A stretch of 64,000 nucleotides of DNA, taken from NCBI GenBank assembly GCA_050084515.1, contig CM114271.1, positions 32,488,001-32,552,000 on the forward strand, read 5' to 3'. Under the pieces are notes generated by a model, which saw only the letters and a program-made list of their open reading frames with translations, was not told the DNA's origin and made no database searches. Position 1 is the stretch's first letter, and each line of letters opens with the position of its first letter. This stretch comes from Blasia pusilla. Lineage: Eukaryota. Both the position numbers and the translations under genes were made by a program. Positions 1 to 13,772 of the stretch are shown piece by piece.

Positions 1-1
1 G

Positions 2-2073
2 ATGGTGTTTGAGCGGTTGAAAGCTCATGGTCTACGTTTCCATCCCGGAAAGTGTAAGTTCTTCCATGAGGATGTTGAGTACTTGGGTCATGTGATCTAT
101 CCAGGTGGTTTGGGAGTTCAGCAAGCAAAGGTGGAGGCTATTGCACTTATTCCGCGTCCGATAGATGTGAGTAGAGTTCGAGCATTCATGGGATTGGCGA
201 ACTACTATTGGAGGTATGTGAAGGGATTTAGTGCTATGGCAAAGTCTTTGAACCAATTGCTGAAATCAGATCAAGAGTGGCACTGGGGAGATGATCAGGA
301 GAGAGCTTTTGTGGAGCTTAAGGCCTAGTTGGTGGCGGCGCCTATCTTGAGGAGACCTATCGAGGGCGCCTATTTGAGTTACGATGATTGGAGTAGGTTG
401 GGACTTGGAGCGGTGTTGACACAACATGATGATGAGCACATGGAGTTTGTGGTGGCCTATGCAAGTCGTTCGAATAATACAGCGGAGTCGCGCTATAGTT
501 CATATGAGGGAGAGTGCTTGGCAGTAGTGTGGGTTGTGGCACACTTTAGGTGTTACTTGTTTGGCACACTGATTTACCCTTACCCTTGTTTGATCACCGG
601 CCGCTCAAGTGGTTGATGGAGTCGGACAAGCTTACAGGGAAGCTTGCACGGTGGGCTCTTATCTTACAGGAGTATGACTTCCAAGTGGTACATAGACCTG
701 GAGTTGCCAACCTTGATGGTGATGGCTTGAGTAGGAACCCATGTACTAGCCAAGAGGATACAACTGGGGCTAGATGGCATGGCGAGGTTGATGAGGAGAT
801 GGTGCCAGGTTAGCATGCATCCGCCTTTTTATGTTGGTTAGGGGTGGACTCTAGTATGGAGGATCACATGATATCTTACTCTAGTCAGAGGGTAGATGGC
901 CAGCCTTCAGATCCTAAGGTTGGAGATGGTGGTACGGATCAGCGTGATATTCATGATGATGCGTTGGTGTTGGAGTTCCTACGGACCAAAGAGGGTGCCA
1001 GGCATAGTGAGTGCCAAGGAGCGAGACCGTGTTCTTCAACGTGCTAAGAGGTATCGATTGGAGGGAACACATATTTCTCGCGTGTGGGAGGATGGTAGAG
1101 TACGAGTAGTGCCACATTTGGCTCAGAGAGAGCGCATTGTGCGACATGCCCATGAGGAGTTGGGACATTTTGGGGTAAAGCGTACGTATAGCTTACTCCT
1201 TGGCCAATATTGGTGGCGTGGCATGCATACTCAGGTGCAGCAGTTGGTGTCACGTTGTATGGTTTGTGACCGGGTGAGGGCATCATTCAATGCCCCTACA
1301 CCACAATTACACCCCTTGCCTATTATGGGGTTGGTTTACCATTGGAGTGTGGACTTTTGCGGGACCGTTACCGTTGGTCGCATGCGACATCATCGATATG
1401 TGTTGGTGATGGTGGAGCACTTCTCCAAGTGGATTGAGTTGGTGGCATTACCGGACAAGGCAAGTGAGGGAACGGCATATGCGTTTCTGGATAGAGTGCT
1501 TAGTCATTTTGGTGCACCAGCTGAAGTGCTGACCGACCCGGGGTATAGAGTTTGTGGTGAGTTTGGTCTTGTGTGACAAGGCGTTGATTGATCATCGGAC
1601 CACGTCTCGAGAGCATCCGAGGCGGATGGTTTGGCTGAGCGTGTGGTTCAGACGGTGAAGAGGGCATTGCACAAGTATGGCCTACAGAAGGGGCATCTTG
1701 GAGACTGGGATATTCAGTTGCCATGGTTAGCCATGGGGTATAGGTTCAGTCGCCAAGCATCCTTGGCTTCCTTCTCACCTTATTTTCTGTTATACGGCCG
1801 AGATCCAGACTTGCCAAAGAAAGCAATTGTCGGGAGTCTAGTGAGGTGGTGAACCTTAATGACCCAAAGATGTGGATGAGGGTGTGTTCTCAGCGGGCGG
1901 AGCTCTTTCGGAGAGTTATGCCAACAACCTTTGAGAATCTTGCCATTGCTCAACACAGGGATACGTTGCGGTATGCAACCATTCGGGGTGGAGGTTATCG
2001 ACCATCGATTCGTAGGTTCCATGTGGGGGACTATGTCTATTTGCAGCAGATTGCCCGACAACGTTGGATGTGA
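2..2073 (+). pseudogene. Gypsy pol remnant: RT C-terminus, RNase H, integrase
   Basis: ORF fragments 2-328, 329-616, 550-813, 896-1576, 1631-1852 and 1846-2073 read as successive parts of one pol polyprotein. Confidence 0.93.
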
Positions 2074-2249
2074 CGGCAGGCCGCACTATTTTACGAAAGT
2101 GCGTGAGGTGTTAGCTTCGGAGTTCTCATGTTGGAGGGTCGTGATGGAGTTGTTTGGAAGGACCATGTGCGTAATTGTGCGCCATGTCATCTTCCAAATG
2201 TGGATATCTTGTTGACCCAAGCTTAGCCATGATACGTGCTAGCTTGAGG

Positions 2250-2390
2250 TGCATGTTGTGTGGGTCTGCTGGTAACGCAGCCCGTATGTTGGTGTGTGAT
2301 CGGTGTTCTAGGGGTTGGCACATGATGTGTTTGACTCCACGTTTGGATGTTGTTCCTCTTTGGAAGGTGGGTTTGTCTCGATGTACTTAG
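2250..2390 (+). pseudogene. PHD zinc finger at the C-terminus of the Gypsy integrase
   Basis: CMLCGS...MLVCDRCSRGWHMMCLTPRLDVVP, then a small frameshift (ggaaggtgggtttgtctcgatgt, approximately GRWVC.RC), gives the C4HC3 PHD pattern. Confidence 0.88.
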
Positions 2391-2552
2391 GAGAGGTAGA
2401 TGACTTGATCTTTGCATGATATGGATTACTGGATGTGCGACTAACGATGGGGCAACCTAGCACCCGGCCTTCGATTCGGCACCCAAGAAGGTGTATAGCA
2501 TGTAGTAGATGTATAGGGCTACCTGGGAGTTAGAGGACCTAACCGCTTGATT

Positions 2553-3016
2553 AGGGGGCGAGTTGTGGTACACTTGCGTTTGTGGATACTCGTCTATGTT
2601 ATGTATGTATGGGCGTATGGTATGTCGGCGATGTATGTTGTATGACGATGTGGATTCGCACGACGAATTTGTCATGACCATACGGATTATGTCGAGAGTA
2701 TGGTGTCTTTGGTAGAGGCCATTCCTTATGTAGGACCGTAGTGGCTTGGTAGAGATGCGGTTCCATACATAGGGTTGGGGGTTACTCACTTGGGGGTGAC
2801 TTTCCCAGTAGGGCGCGCTCTTAGGTTGGAGGATATAAGGTGACTTGCCCTCAAAGAACAGTCAGTTCTTTGAGTTGAGCCTGTTGCGTTGGGAGTTAGC
2901 CTTGGTAGTGAGTAGAGCTCTTGGCTATGGTGTTTCCCGCAAGCTTCGACCTAGATTCTCCCATCGTGGAGTGGGTTTGGCTCGATTGTATGTGATTGTA
3001 AAAGTGTTTTATGACA
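2553..3016 (+). repeat. Polypurine tract plus putative 3' LTR (TG at 2564; probable CA end at 3016)
   Basis: agggggcgagt directly precedes tgtggta at 2564. There is a TATA-like gatataag at about 2832. The end ttatgaca (3016) resembles the end of the LTR at 26816-27549. The 3' boundary is tentative. Confidence 0.65.
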
Positions 3017-3039
3017 GTAGGTCTTTCACGCATTTCAGT

Positions 3040-3143
3040 TGTGGTACACTTGCGTTTGTGGATACTCTCGTCTATGTTATGTATGTATGGGCGTATGGTA
3101 TGTCAGCCATGTATGTTGTATGACGATGTGGATTCGCACGACA
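3040..3143 (+). repeat. Direct duplicate of the first ~100 bp of the LTR (2564-2664)
   Basis: tgtggtacacttgcgtttgtggatact...gatgtggattcgcacgac occurs at both 2564 and 3040 with only a few differences. Confidence 0.9.
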
Positions 3144-6100
3144 GGCGTCGAGTGCATAGCATAACCCCACAAGAGCTTGTGCATTTATGGATAGTTTACT
3201 AGTGGAATATATTAAATACTTATGTGCAGTCATGCTAGGGATTGATCGTGTTGCACATAATTTTTTTTATTGTTGCTTGTAGAATGGAAAAAAAATTGCT
3301 CTTACCGTTAGAGTAAGAAATTTTTTTTTTTATGGTTCTCGCATGTCAAACATTGAGGTGTTTGCAAATCAAAGGCACTCTCCATAGATTAGAGCCACCT
3401 TAAATAACAAAAGAGAAAATAATCCACTTTTTTTTTATAAGAAGTCATATGTTGATTTGCCTATAACCTTTTTCTTGACACCATGGTATTGGGGTATAAT
3501 ATAGTGTATCCACGATGCCTCCAATACAAAGCAATTTTTTTATAATCTGATTATTACTTTGGAGTTCACACAATAGTGTTTTGAGGAGACACCCATGTAT
3601 TGCTTGTGCGACCTTCAATGCCAAGAACTTGAGATCATTATAAATATTTTCAAGTCATGAATTTTGTAAATTCCTAAAATTTTGTTTTCGACCCCAATAA
3701 AAATTTGATGGAAAAAGAAAACTTTAGAAAGGTTTAAAATTTGCATAAAGACATTTTCCTTACAGGCATCATATGGATCTGTGGATCCCCCATCTCTTCT
3801 ATTACATTGAATTTAGCGAGGAAAAAATCGAGAATGCATATGAACTTGCATGTGGCATGGTCAGAAGCTTGCCATAGGTAATATACCATGCAATGGTCAA
3901 CATGAAGAAAACTTAGATATTTTTTAATGCAATTTCAAGAGAAAAAATGCCCATGCTCACGCGACAACCTTTTTTTCAATGGATTCATCAATAATTTCTT
4001 CTACCAAAACTTAGATCTTGCCTCAATGATAGATATATGACGTTGTTCATTTTTTCATTAAGGGAAATTCGCCATTGAAACTAGTGGGGACATAGGAAAG
4101 ATTTTGATATTTTTCGTTTCTAGTGCTCCTATCGTCTATTCAAAGTTTGGTTTGTTTTTCTTGTTGTTGCACTCTCATACTGTAGATAAGGGATCTTCCT
4201 TGCCTTCCACTCCGCCCAAGAAAATTTGACTTTTGGGCTATGCTCAAGTCATGGGAGATCCCATTAATAGAGTGTCCCTTTTATGGTTGTGATGTTCTCA
4301 TAATATTACTCATATTATTTTCATTCTTAGTGAAGTATGGTTTTTAGGGTGATTTTTCTCCTTTTCTTCTACCGTTGAGCCAAATATGGATTTGGAATTC
4401 ATTAAAATTTTAATTTTTCTTACCTTTGACCTTTGATGAATTTTCCCATAATTTGTTAAACCACATCTTCTTCTTCTCTCTCTCTTGATTTTTTCATTAA
4501 ATAATAAATTTTGAAGAAATTAGCATCTGCTTCCTCTATTTCATGGGTTAGATAATATTGGTTACTCACATGTTGGGAGAAATTTCCTTTAAAATAAAAA
4601 ATCGAGATGGCACGTAATGCATAATTTTTTTAAATTAATTTTTGTCGGAAGAAATTGGACAATCACTCTTATTAATCACACAAGATGTACGTAATTCACT
4701 TCCCATGCAGAAGCTACATCCATGATTACGAGGCGGGGACGACCATTGATGGCAAGCAAGCTCGCCTTTCAAGGGCCTTCATGTTGCCACTCTTGTAATT
4801 GCAAATACATCCCCCCTCTCCCAAAAGACGTGTAGGGATACAATATACAAATTGGTTTGGTGGCTATTTAAGTGAAGTCATGTTAAGGTTCTTGGGTTAT
4901 TCTGCGCACGCGGTTTTAGGCTTCAAAGTGGTTCTTGGAGAGCTCGGGTTGTACAATATGTGCAAATTTCAATAAACCAACCTGAGAGGATTTGACCATA
5001 AACGACAATCAAACTCGTCTTTCAAAGGTTTTCATGTGATCACTCTTATAATTGATAGAATTACATACATACATACACACATAGGAGCACTTTTGAGGCA
5101 CTTTTTATTCATGGTCGTGTCCACTTGCAAAACGACTATGTAAGAATGTAGGCTTCTTGAATTTGTTTGGGGCATGGTAAGTTGACCCATTAGAGAGGGC
5201 GATTGAGTCAAATTTGGCTTGAAACACCCGTCGCATAATCATGAGTCACGAACCCACGCGGCGAGAAAACGAACTACACTGGCTCAAACTTCAACCTCAA
5301 GGTCTTCCCGTAAAACGTACAGGGATGCCAGCGCGGCGCTGACGGCGCCGTGCGTTGTTGTGCGTTGGGGTGCGAAGCGGAAGAACCCGGTGAGTGTGCT
5401 GGAGCGCTGTCCAGGGGGGAGGACTCGGAGGACCCCGCGGTCCTAGTTCCAGTCAGCAGATAAGGCCTTTAAGAGCGCCAATGAACGGGGTCCCCAACTC
5501 CAGGGGAGGAGATGAGGACCCACCCAGTGGCATTGACTCATCGTAAATTAAATGCCTGACTTTTGCACACGGAAGACAGGAAATGTGGACGCAGGAGGGC
5601 TCTGTTTTATTTAATCTATTAATCCCTGAGCTCAATGCCCTCACTCACGGATTAGTGAGAAACCCTAAACTCAATGCCCTTCCCCGCGCTATCGTAGTTG
5701 TTTCCGGCGGGTAGGTCGTAATAATCATCTAGACGATTATGTGAGTATTGAATCTATATTATAATGGACGACAAAACAGCAGAAAATTTAGCATTTTTTT
5801 AATTCACATTTGAAGCACAAATGAATTTGTATGAAAGAAAAAATTGTTTTTATTGAAATTAATTAAAAATATTTATATTATTATTGGAGAGTGTTTTTTT
5901 ATTTTGCAAAAAAATTTATCTTGATATTTTCAATTATTGAGATCATTTTTTTTATGAAGGGATATGTTAGTTTAGGGTGCCACACATCTAGAGGTTCCAA
6001 CATCTTTTAAATTACTAAGAAACGTTGAACTTTATTCTTCAATTTTATTAGAGAGTTTTTTTTATCAACGTTGTTGGGAAGTTATGATGTTGCCAAAAAA

Positions 6101-6335
6101 TTTGTGGATGCTTGAGGAGTCCAAATTTAAGGTAAACAAATGTGCATGCGCATATAGAATACATTCTAATCTTGACAAGTATGAACGTCTTATTTTGAAA
6201 GAGATTTTCCTTTTCAAAAATAGTGGCGCCCATAGAGTAAAACTCAAGAGTAGAGTAAAACATTGGAGGTGTTGTAATTTTCCCTACATATAAGAATATG
6301 TTGGGCAACAACCTTGCTAGGAAGGTGATTTATTA

Positions 6336-6606
6336 TCTATACTATTAAAAGAAGATGGGGTTTGAAGGAATTCCTCCTTAGTGTCGACACATATGTTTTT
6401 TGCACTCCTCCCTTATTAACATGTGTATTGTTAAACAAAAGAGTTAACAAGAGGAACTAGGAGCTAACAAGTGATAAATTTAACGGACGTGGTCCCCTGT
6501 ACTGTGATTTTTCACCCGTGCTATGCAAAAGAGTTAACAAGAGGAACTAACAAATGATAGATTTAACGGACGTGGTCCCTCCCTACTGTGATTAGTAAGA
6601 TGCTAG
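6336..6606 (+). mobile_element. Probable non-autonomous Helitron fragment with an internal ~70-90 bp duplication
   Basis: Helitron-type 5' end A|TCTATACTATTAAAA at 6336. Duplicated caaaagagttaacaagaggaacta...tttaacggacgtggtccc...tactgtgatt at ~6437 and ~6526. Half-hairpin cccgtgctatgca at ~6515 and CTAG|T at 6603-6607. Confidence 0.45.
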
Positions 6607-8552
6607 TGGAGAAAATAAGAGAGGAATGGAATTATATCAATAAAATCAAGTAGATATGCAACTAGAGGACAATCGTCAAAGGTCATGGCAAATAGATCAT
6701 CTCTTGGAAAGACTTTCAAGAGTATGGACTTCCTTGATTTGCAGGCACGGGTATTTGAAAAAGATTCAAAATACGAATAGGCAGTTTTGAATTCCACCAC
6801 CGGTGAGGACTAGTGAGAAAACTTTAAGAGGGGTGTACACATATGGCCTCTCCCTCTTAATTGAGTGGACGATATCTTTTGAGTTTTTTGCCTTTGGTAG
6901 GATGATTTACTAGCGAACGTGAGCCAAATCTTGCAAAGAAATGCTAAATTCATTTTGATCATACTTGTTCCTATCCACTTTGTTGGCTGGCCACTAAAAT
7001 ACACAGACCGATTGCCATTAGATTTGAAAAAGATGGAAAGTTCGAGATTGTGTGCAATCCTATTTGTCATGCGAAAAGTCTCAAGGGGGGTTAGCTTTCA
7101 CATAAGTTTTATACACGCAATCCTCATCTTCTTTCCAAAGCCCTCCCAACCAAGAGAACTAACCCCAAACTAAAACCCCCCAAAAGACTAGGATTGTTCG
7201 GTGGCCTCGCTACGCATACAGTGCTTAAGATGAGCTAAAGGAAGCACTCACAAGAAAAGGGATCCCAGAATTGGACGAAAACCGCTTCACTAGGCATTAC
7301 AAAATGGGAAGCACATGGGTGGAGCCACGAACATGGTAAGAGTTTGCCTCCTCTCCAAGTTATGTAAAGCCAGCAGCAGAGCTAAAGTTCTTCTGCCATC
7401 AATTTTGGGATTAAAACCAAAAGTTTCGTCTCGCCTTTTCGTGAAACCATCGTGGGAAGATGAAGTCGAAGAAGTGCTAGCTGAGTAGGAGCGGATTGGA
7501 TAAAACGAGAGCCAGCAGAGTGTTTAGATCGGATTTTTCTGGCAGTGTGCGTCAAGGCCAATGCGCTACTCGCAAAGCCCTAAAAGTATTGTACTGTGAC
7601 CTGATCCCGTGGTATGCCAACGGACAACGCCAGAGATGAAAGAGTCCCACCTTTTTCGCCTTGTAAAGAAGAAAAGACAAAGAACATCCGCCCTCGCCAA
7701 GCGCACCACGGCACGCCAAGATGCTTGGCTACATCCGATCGCATGTGGCTCCATCCTTTCAGCAAAAGCGTGCCCGCGGGTGGTCAGGTCTATCACTGCC
7801 GTCTTCAAACAGGAGAGAGATGCTACTGTTTGTTGCCAAAGTAATGGACAGATGATAGCACGGAATCTCAACATCTGTTCTAGGCTTATCCAGTGCACAG
7901 CGCCTCCAACAGGTGAGGTCCACAGCGTTCTTCACAGAAGGGCGCCGCGGTTGCGGTGTGTCGCGGATTCGAGGCACGGAACTACCGGAACACATGATAG
8001 CGCAGAATCTCCCGATCTGTCATAAACTTATCAATTGCAGTGCGAGCGTTCCATCCAACAGTCAGTGCAACATCCCCCGGTGAATCGGAAGGTCGGAACA
8101 GGGGGCGATGGTCCGTTTAGGCGACCAAATCAAGGCAAGCGCACAGTATCCTGTCGCTCGATAATCGCCCCGCCGAATCAATGATTTTCCGCACCACAGA
8201 ATTTCAGCCGATTTCGTGTGCACGCTCTAATCGGCCATTGTCTTCCCCCTCTGCATCGACAGCATCTCCAATGAGACATACATAAATTATGCTATTTATT
8301 GCGCAAATTGGAACCATCGGGGGACTCATCCTTCCGCCACATCTTCACGCAAATCCGACACGAAAGTGTCATGAACATAATTAGGGTTCTCGCATGATGC
8401 CACACTCCCCATATTCACATTCCTTCCTTGCATCCATCCTTCCACGTACAGCTAAAGGCTGAACGTGTCACATCCAATTTGTGTCAAATCAACCCTGAGC
8501 TATAAGAATGCAGCTACAAAGGGGTAGATTGTCATCTCTGGAGCCACTCTCC

Positions 8553-9071
8553 TGTTGAAAAGGTGTGGGTTGGCCCGGACCCAAGAAGGTCCTCCCATCT
8601 CCAGTTCAAGTACATGACTAATGACCGAACGAAACTCAGGCCGGAACTCGGGCAATTGAATCATTCAAGCGTAGAAGATTGTTTCCTCCTGCACGGGCGA
8701 AAAGTGAGATAACAAAGCGTTATTCATGCTAGAGTTGTACGTTAGTATGAAGTAAGTAAGTGAGTGAGTTAGGTTATTTCTAAATGAGATTCCAACCTTA
8801 CTTTTCGAGATGAGGGTTCTTTACCTTATGGAGTGGGGACGTGTCCCTATTTGTCCTTTGATATTGCACTCTCGTCAAAGACGGCGTGTTTTCTTTATTG
8901 TAAGAGTAGGCCTAACTCAGTGGGTTTCGAAACACACTTTAACCACAGGTGACTCAGCGTTTACGTAACTTGAAGTTACGGAACTAAGTACGTTCTGCTA
9001 ACATAACCCAAGCGTCCTTACGGTAGTTGTTCATAGGATCACCCTGGCGTGACACTTGCCGGTAGATAACA
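8553..9071. mobile_element. Possible solo LTR or short inverted-repeat-bounded element
   Basis: Begins TGTTGAAA, like the LTR starts at 18800 (minus strand) and 53333, and ends AACA. No direct 5-bp TSD: the flanks tctcc and ggaga are reverse complements. Confidence 0.3.
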
Positions 9072-10607
9072 GGAGAACACTAGCCTAGTCAAAGACACGG
9101 CCATGCATGCATGCGATCAAGGATGGGATACTTGTGGAGGCTTAGGTGGACTACTCACTTCTTCCTTTGGGGGAGAAAGACGGGGAAGGTTTTGTGGAAT
9201 ATGACTATTTTTTTATTAGATAATTTTATAAAATTAGTCTTGCCGAAAAGAAGACTATGGATCTTTCTTATGGTAACCATTTCTTCTCCATGAGGTACCT
9301 CGTTTTTCTTAATTTTGGTTAGCTGAACCTCTATGTTCTTTCTATCGGAATCTCCTTTCTTTACTTTCCACGCATTTCCCACTTTTAGAATACAATTTAT
9401 TATAAAAATCAACCTCGAAAGAGGACAATGAAAGGAAACACCTTAAGATGGGACGGTGGTGAGAAATGTAAAAAATGAAAGCAAAAAGAAAATGAGCAAA
9501 ACTTAACGCACAAAGTTAGAACATGTTGATCAACACGCTGATCGATTGGTAACTTTTAAAACATTTGACATTAGTACTAGTGGAGGATCAAACGTGAATG
9601 GATGACGAGTTTAGTGGCCACTAGTCTTTTCAGCTCGATTTATTAATGCCAATATTGATGCACATTGTAATGCCACCAATATACATTGTCGAAGTTAAGG
9701 GACAACAGAGAGAGGACTACTAAAAGGGGCAAGTTGATGATTCTTAGGGGAATGGTGAGCACACGTTTTCAAGAAAGTATCAAATGACACATGTAAGTGC
9801 CCAACAACTTCCAATGTAAAACGAATAAATCTATCATTTTCATCTCTTTTGTATAGCTTAATTCCTAGATTATTGCTACTAAATTGATTGCACAATCTTT
9901 AGTATGTGGGGTCCAACACACAAAGTTAGAACATGTTGGATCAGAATAGTGGGAGATACCAAGTATTGACATCTATGAGATCACCCACTAATCTTTCGTA
10001 TGGAAAAATTAATGCTCGTTGGGCAATTGGACGAAGAGCTATAGGAATATGTGTGTAAAGTCCAAGATAAGGGAGACCCGTATAGAAACAACAAAGGAGA
10101 TCAATTTGGTTCAACCATGTCCAAGAAATTGTTGTAGAACAGTAGTTGAAGGAGGTGGTATCATGTTAGGGATTGAAAACACATGGATGGATTGATAGTA
10201 CCGCTGATGTCTTTTGATACTTGTAGGAGTATACTTTTTGCCGTAAGGTATGCAATGAACCTTAGCCACAAATGTAGAAGAAGAAGGATTACAAGGGGTG
10301 GAGGTGGAAGGTGATGATGAACAATGATGTGAGGAAAAGTAAGTTATGGAAGAAGAAGGAGAAAGAGAAGGAATTAAGAAACGATGGGAGTTGGAAGCAA
10401 GGGTTCAAATGAGATATATGAGGATGACAAAGTATTAGGATTTGGTAGTAATGGATCGAGATTATGATGAATGGGAAGAGAAAGCCAAGCGGAGAGGGAG
10501 TAAGAAGAGACTACAGGAGAAATGTAGATAGTGTAATGGATATATGTGTCGTGTGCATTCTCTCTTTGTAAATCAAATGATACTCTCACAATGTCTCCAT
10601 CATGCAC

Positions 10608-10735
<128 letters not shown>

Positions 10736-13700
10736 GCCAAACCAAACCCATTATCCTAATGAGAGGCTTGGGTTACACACACAAGGCAAGGAGGACCATA
10801 GCTCCGCCGTCTCATGCCAAGAAATTCAACAAAGAGAGAATGGGCTCTCAAGCTCACTCTCCTTGAGGTATATCCCCTTCCCTCTCTCAAACTCTCTCCA
10901 CCGTAACATGTGCTCGCAAGTCATCTCCTTTGCTCTTGACCTTTTGTAGGAGGTCAAGGGTCACTTCCCAAAATAGAAATATGACAAAACGGTAACTTAC
11001 CCAAAATAGTACATTTTTCCATATGGCTCCAAATGAGCCAAAACGAAGGGAAAAGTTGCTCTCTTAGGTTACTCATGGCCTCAGTATGTCATCCTCGATC
11101 TCTTGAGGCTGTCCTCCACTATCCTCGAAGGTGCTCTACTAGATCTCGCCGATCTATCCTAAAATACATGACATATGAGAGAAGCGGAAAAATCTACAAT
11201 GAATAGGGGAATCAAGATGAGACGTTACAATTGGAGGAGAGGGTATAAAACCACAAAAGCGAGGAGATGGATTTTCAAAATTCATGTCAAAACTAGTGGA
11301 TATACATAGAATAAATTGTAATAAAGTGAAAGTAGTAGGATAACAGCCATAATAAAGAAGAAGGATCCATCCAGAAAACATTTAGCCGGAGAGAGTGAAG
11401 GTTAGATAAAGGAAATTTTATGATTAAAAATCACTTTAATGAGGATGAAAATATTTGAAATTGAGAAAAAAAATTCAAAAGAGATAGGTTTAGAATAGGA
11501 ATCTGAATGACCCTAAGTAGATAGCAAATTTAGGTGAGGGCAAAGTAGTGAGGTTAAGTGTTGAAAGAGTAAGAAAGATGTGTGAGAGGAATTAACCTAA
11601 AAAGACTCATACAAAAAAATTGGTATGAATGAATAAGAAAGAAAAACCGAGAACCCCACTTAGTATAGAAAGAAAAAACTTGCCAAAACAATTGTAACGA
11701 TATCAAACAGACCCAAAATTGATACTTTAGAGGAAAGTAAGGAAGGAAATGGGAAGCACTCAAAAATAAGATATGAGAAGAAAGTGAAAGCCACCCATCC
11801 ATGATTGATATGGAGGCATGAGGTCGTAATGTGTATCCAACATATAGCAAAAGATTGAGAAAAGCAAGAGAAACCTTGATTATCTAGATTGTAATGAGCA
11901 ATTGTACTCTAAAAAGAGCACAACATATAAATTAGCATATAGGGATCTCTGAGCATATTTGTGAGAGGAGGATGTCCAAAGATTGCAAGAGCTTCGGCCA
12001 AGCCCAAGGTAAGTGGGAAAAAGAAAGACCCACAATTCAAGCTCAAGAAGATGAACAAAGTGCAAGATTGAAAAGATTGGAACAACTACTAACAACAATC
12101 CTCCATATTCTCTACTTCTCCTTCTCCTCCTCTCCCTCCTCCTCAAATCTATAAAATCCCCAAATCCTTCAATTGTTACGAGCAATAGGTGGGAATCCAT
12201 CTTCTATTCAAATAATATATTGACTAGCCCTAGTATGGCTACGCCAAATCCATCTTGGGATTACAGGGTATATCATGTCAAGATGATCTCCTTGGATATG
12301 TCATTTTTTTTACAAAGAGTGAATATATTCATATTCCATCAATGTCCTCTTAATTTTATTAGAATTTCTCCCAAAAAAACTATTTTTAATTCTATTTACA
12401 CAACCTTCCATAGGGATCCCAATTACCATTCTCCATTCACAATCTCTTCTAATACTTGTGATGATTCTTCAGCTATGAGAGTTGTCAAAGCTGCATACAT
12501 GACATACAGACGAGTCATGTATGTATGTCGTGGACGACGGTAAAGTGCATGGATGCGGAGAAATGAGTAGCACTACTGTGGGCATACGGGGTAACGGGAA
12601 TGAAGGAGGATTTATGACGGGTAGTAAAAGGAAAGAAACCGCCTATTCAGCCAGCAAGTTCCAAGGGAACCAACCTCGCGGTATTTTTCTCGGAAACCCC
12701 CCGTCGCTCGGGAAAGTAGTCAGGAGGCGGCCCTCCTCCGGTCTCTAGACTCTCTACAGGACAGGTACCGGCTCCCGGTTCTGACCGGCTCTGCGTGATT
12801 TGTTTTACCCATTGACGAAAGAATCTGCCAAACGAGCCGGTGGCTCCCGGGAAAGTTCGAGAAATTCGCCGGGATTGTAAGGCGTGTCAGTCGGTCCGGA
12901 CGGTTTCTTGTGCAGGCCGCTGTCGCGATCCTCCATTCTCTTCTCGTGTGATGGAATGAATTACTGCGGTCTCGCTCGACATGGCAGAGCCGCAGAAGCT
13001 AGAGAATGTCAGTGAGCGCTCTCGGTTACATGTGGTCTTAGACTCTTAGGGCCCGTGCTGCCCGTGCAGAGCCTCTCTGAGAGGCTCTAGAGATCGTTGT
13101 ACGGTTCATTGCGTGGTCTGCGCATCTTATAACTCACCGTAGTGATCCATCCAGCGAGAAGCAGCTCATAAATACGAGCTCGTAGGCGGCTCCATTACAA
13201 GAATGCAACCGGCGGGCAATGTCGCTTCGTGCTCTGCTCTTGCGGAACCGCACCTGACAGAGATGGGGAGTGACTGGAGAGGGAGTGGCGCAGGTTTCCG
13301 TCTCTCTTTTCCCTAGGATTTGTTTGAGAATTCAACAGAATCAGCACTCACTTTTCTTTGTTAAGGTTAAGGGTTGGAGGTTTGAGAACGCATCAGCTTC
13401 ACACGAGAAAGGCGTTTCCTCTTTGCATGTTTTTATTAGTATTTTGCAACGTCGTATGTAATAGTGGATTTGCAGGAGTGGATGGAAGTGGATACTGTTG
13501 GAGCCGAACGATTAACTATCTTTCAAAACGTGCTCATACGGTGGATGATAGTGATTCTTGATGGATGATTTTATAATGATGATATATACATTTTCTTTCT
13601 TTCCCTGAGTAGTCGTTGTTATAACCCTTCTTGAACTCCCCTGTAATTTCTTCGACGATTTCCTCTCTAGCTTACGCTTTAAGATACTTTTCCCCTCAAT

Positions 13701-13772
13701 AGTAAGAAAAAAAAATCATTTCACTCATTTTATGTTCGATTTTTTCCTCGAAATCAACTCTGGTATAAAATA

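Larger units (their letters stand above)
1..3016 (+). mobile_element. 3' half of a degenerate Ty3/Gypsy LTR retrotransposon (RT end - RNase H - integrase - PHD - PPT - 3' LTR)
   Basis: RT thumb/connection (KCKFFHEDVEYLGHVI...VRAFMGLANYY), RNase H (D.S..GLGAVLTQ...VVAYASRS...YSSYEGECLAVVW, DHRPLKWL...LARWALILQEY) and integrase (HEELGHFG...C..C zinc motif, core WSVDF/VLTD/AERVVQTVK) occur in Gypsy order, broken by stops and frameshifts. Confidence 0.95.

Noticed and set aside
7200-8500. GC-richer segment with 110-138 aa ORFs
   Set aside because: No recognisable protein motif or consistent exon structure.
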